From contig NC_133617.1 in the NCBI RefSeq assembly GCF_048593235.1, positions 69,710,937 through 69,774,936 of the forward strand: a stretch of 64,000 bases of DNA, in the 5' to 3' direction. Below the pieces are notes generated by a model. The model was not told the origin of the DNA. It saw only the letters and a program-made list of their open reading frames with translations, and ran no database searches. Below are positions 61,455-64,000 of this stretch, piece after piece; position 1 is the first letter of the stretch; the number at the start of each line of letters is the position of its first letter. Position numbers and translations under genes: made by a program. This stretch comes from Sminthopsis crassicaudata (taxonomy: Eukaryota).

Positions 61455-61645
61455 ACCAGGAATGTGAAGAAGGGCTCAAGAGAGCTGATTGTTAAATTTT
61501 CAGTGTGAGAATTTACAACTCAGCCATGGGCAAACACTACAAGTCAGGGTTTGATTTATTATTTTGCTAATTGTCTAAAGTCAACTTAAGAGAGTAATAG
61601 AGAAAAGGTTAATAATTGCAGATTAAACTTAAACGTTTGTCCTGA
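61455..61645. mobile_element. Probable marsupial interspersed repeat / DNA transposon fragment, family not assigned
   Basis: gagctgattgttaaattttcagtgtgag...cagggtttgatttatt...aataattgcagattaaacttaaa recalled as a recurrent marsupial repeat. Confidence 0.4.
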
Positions 61646-62519
61646 GATTGTTAAATATTTTCTAGAGCACTTTGGAATCCAACCCAATTCTCTGGAAAAA
61701 AACTCAAGTGATTTGTCCAAGGTCACACAGGTAGGAAGCCAAACAATAAGTGACTCAATAGACTTTATTAAGTGTGGAGTTTGTATCAGGCACTGTGCTA
61801 AATACTGGAAATATAAATACAAAGAATGAAACAATCCCTACTTGCAATGAGTTCATATCCTAAGGGGAAATAATGTAAGTATGTATACTTGACATTTCTT
61901 CTCAATAGGTATGAAATAAAAGAATTTGGAACTCAACATTTTAATTAGTTAATTTAATAGTAATATTATAATAGTGATTTTATAACATAAAATAGCAATT
62001 TAATAGTAAGTGACCAAGTTTCCAGATACAGTTGTTCACCTAGGTGCAAATGTGTCTAACTATACTACCATTCTACATTTCTTCATCTTATCTAAAAAGA
62101 TATCTCAAAAAGATTTTGTCAGATGTTATACTAGCACCCAGGTATATTTTGTTTATTTCTTTCATTAAACAAAAAAATCAAGATTTTTTAAAAAAAATGT
62201 GTCAGATATCTTTGTGATGCTTAGTATCCCCTATAACTAACTTGCTTCTTTGCAGATTGAGGATAAAAATAACAGTATTGGTATTTTAGAGCACATTAGC
62301 ATTTGGGAGAAAAATCAAAGGAGAAAAAGACTTTTGCAAAGGGCAGATGGGGTGATGATAATTGATAACAGAGAGAAGAAATAGGGGCTCAGTTCTTAGT
62401 TCAATTTTGTTTTTTCTGCAGAGGAGAGTGACCTTTGCTTTAGAAATGGCCAAATAAAAAATGGCCAAGGAGCAGCTAATACCCAGACAAGTAAGAAGCT
62501 AATAAGAGAGTAGATATAG

Positions 62520-63710
62520 GCCCATGATGTATTCAAATCACCTGGTCCAGATGACATATATGTCTGGAGGATGTGAATGCTGCTATTTGAAAAATATCAG
62601 TGATATTTGAAAAATTGTAGAAAAGGCAACTAGCCCTGAAGACCAAAGAAGGGTAAATACTGTCCCCCAATTTTCAAACAAAAGGAAGAAAAGAGATCTG
62701 AAAACCTTAAATTGGTGAACGACTTCTATTCCTGAGAAAAGTCTTTAAGAGGGCATTAAAAAGATGGTTAGTGAACATTTAGAAAAGTATGCAATGATTC
62801 CAAAGAGCCAGCTTGGCTTCAAGAATAGATCAGACCAGACTAACCTTATTTCTTTTTTTAACAGGGTTACTGAGCTAGTAGATGAGGGGAATTCTCTAGA
62901 TGTGCTCTACTTAGATTTTAGCAAATAATTTGATAAAATATCTTATATTTTTCTAATGGAAAAGATGGAGAAATTGGACCACATGAACAACAATTAAATG
63001 GATTTGAGCCAGTTGAACTCAAGGCCACACTCAAGGAGCCATTGTTAAGTAGTTCAAAGCCAGCTAGGGAGATCTCCAGTGAAGTACACCAGGGCAATAT
63101 GTTTTCCCTTGTGCTGCTTAATACTTTTATCAGAAACTTAGGAGCCTAGATGGCATGGTCATCACATCTGAAAATGACACAAAGTCAAGAAGGGCAACTA
63201 ATACACTGGAGACAGAATTAGAATTCAAAAAGATCATAACAGAACAGTGGGTTTACTTGAATAAAATGAAATTTAATAAGGACAAATCTAAAGTGTCACA
63301 TTTGAGTTCTGAAAATCAACTTCATAAATAGCCATTTGTCTGAGAAAGAGCTTGGGGTTTTAGTAGACCACAAAGTGAGTCAGGAATGTGATGAGGAAAC
63401 TCAAAAAGCTCATTAGAACTTGAGAGGCAGAACTGACAGGAACAAGGAACTGATAACATCATCTTTGATCTGAACTGATTGGATACCATCTAAAGGATTG
63501 TGTTCAGTCCAAAGGATCAATTTCTCAAGAACACTGACAAATGAAAAACTAGTGGAAAAGGGATTAGATTTGTCTGGCTTGGTTCTAGAAGGCAGAATAA
63601 GGAAAGATGATTAGAAGAGGCCATTTTAGCTGGATAGCAGGAAAAACAAACAAGGAAACAAAATTTCTTTGTGATTAAAGCTGTCCAAAATTAGGTTATA
63701 TGCAATTCCT
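62520..63710 (+). mobile_element. CR1/L3 RT region
   Basis: ~62806-62937 translates SQLGFKNRSDQTNLISFFNRVTELVDEGNSLDVLYLDFSK*FDK, a CR1 RT signature. Confidence 0.9.
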
Positions 63711-63729
63711 TCAAGATATGTAGAAATAA

Positions 63730-63862
63730 GAGGTAGTTAGATGATGTAGTGTATAGAGCACCAGCTCTAGAATCAAAAGGACCTGAGTTTAAAATTGATC
63801 TCAGAACCTTACTAGCTGCATGATTCTGAGCAAGTCAATTAGCCCTGCTTAACTAAAAAAAA
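63730..63862 (+). mobile_element. WSINE1-like SINE
   Basis: gtagttagatgatgtagtgtatagagcaccagctctagaatcaaaaggacctgagttt...gagcaagtcaattagccctg plus A tail. Confidence 0.7.
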
Positions 63863-64000
63863 TATATCAAATATTCATAGCTAAATATTATAAATATATG
63901 AAAATTATAACTATATTACATTATAAACATATTATTATGTATTTATTACTTTCTTTAATTTTCACAATAACCTTAAAAGGTAAGTTTCTATTATTCCCAT

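Noticed and set aside
1-64000. Naming the neighbouring developmental gene
   Set aside because: The motif grammar is suggestive, but no coding exon in the window supports any gene symbol

Overview
Vertebrate genomic DNA, almost certainly marsupial. The CORE-SINE set (MAR1-like, WSINE1-like), the L1 3' ends and abundant L2 and CR1/L3 suggest a dasyurid; species is inference. I found no protein-coding exon with recognisable host-gene homology: the long ORFs in the track are N-gap, microsatellite, GC-rich or L1-derived. The window is a repeat-dense non-coding region with two assembly gaps (23070-23615, 35896-36034). It has one clear CpG island (~9050-9960) and several unique, motif-dense segments that look like developmental enhancers (homeodomain clusters, a Pbx-Hox site, a perfect RFX X-box, YY1, Sox/Oct and Forkhead motifs); the target gene cannot be named from the window. 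The most unusual items are: (1) a 5'-end-only L1 (promoter plus ORF1 start) ending in a 28-nt poly(A) with a probable TSD; (2) two decayed 7SL-derived retrocopies, one apparently fused to an L1 3' end; (3) two minisatellites born inside ancient LINEs, one carrying eight CTAATT(A/G) homeodomain sites; (4) an irregular array of TTCCATCT motifs just upstream of a near-full-length L2 ORF2; (5) several TSD-flanked young L1 insertions and a three-tier nested insertion. Repeat family names come from my recall of consensus sequences, not from a database search, and most repeat boundaries are approximate.
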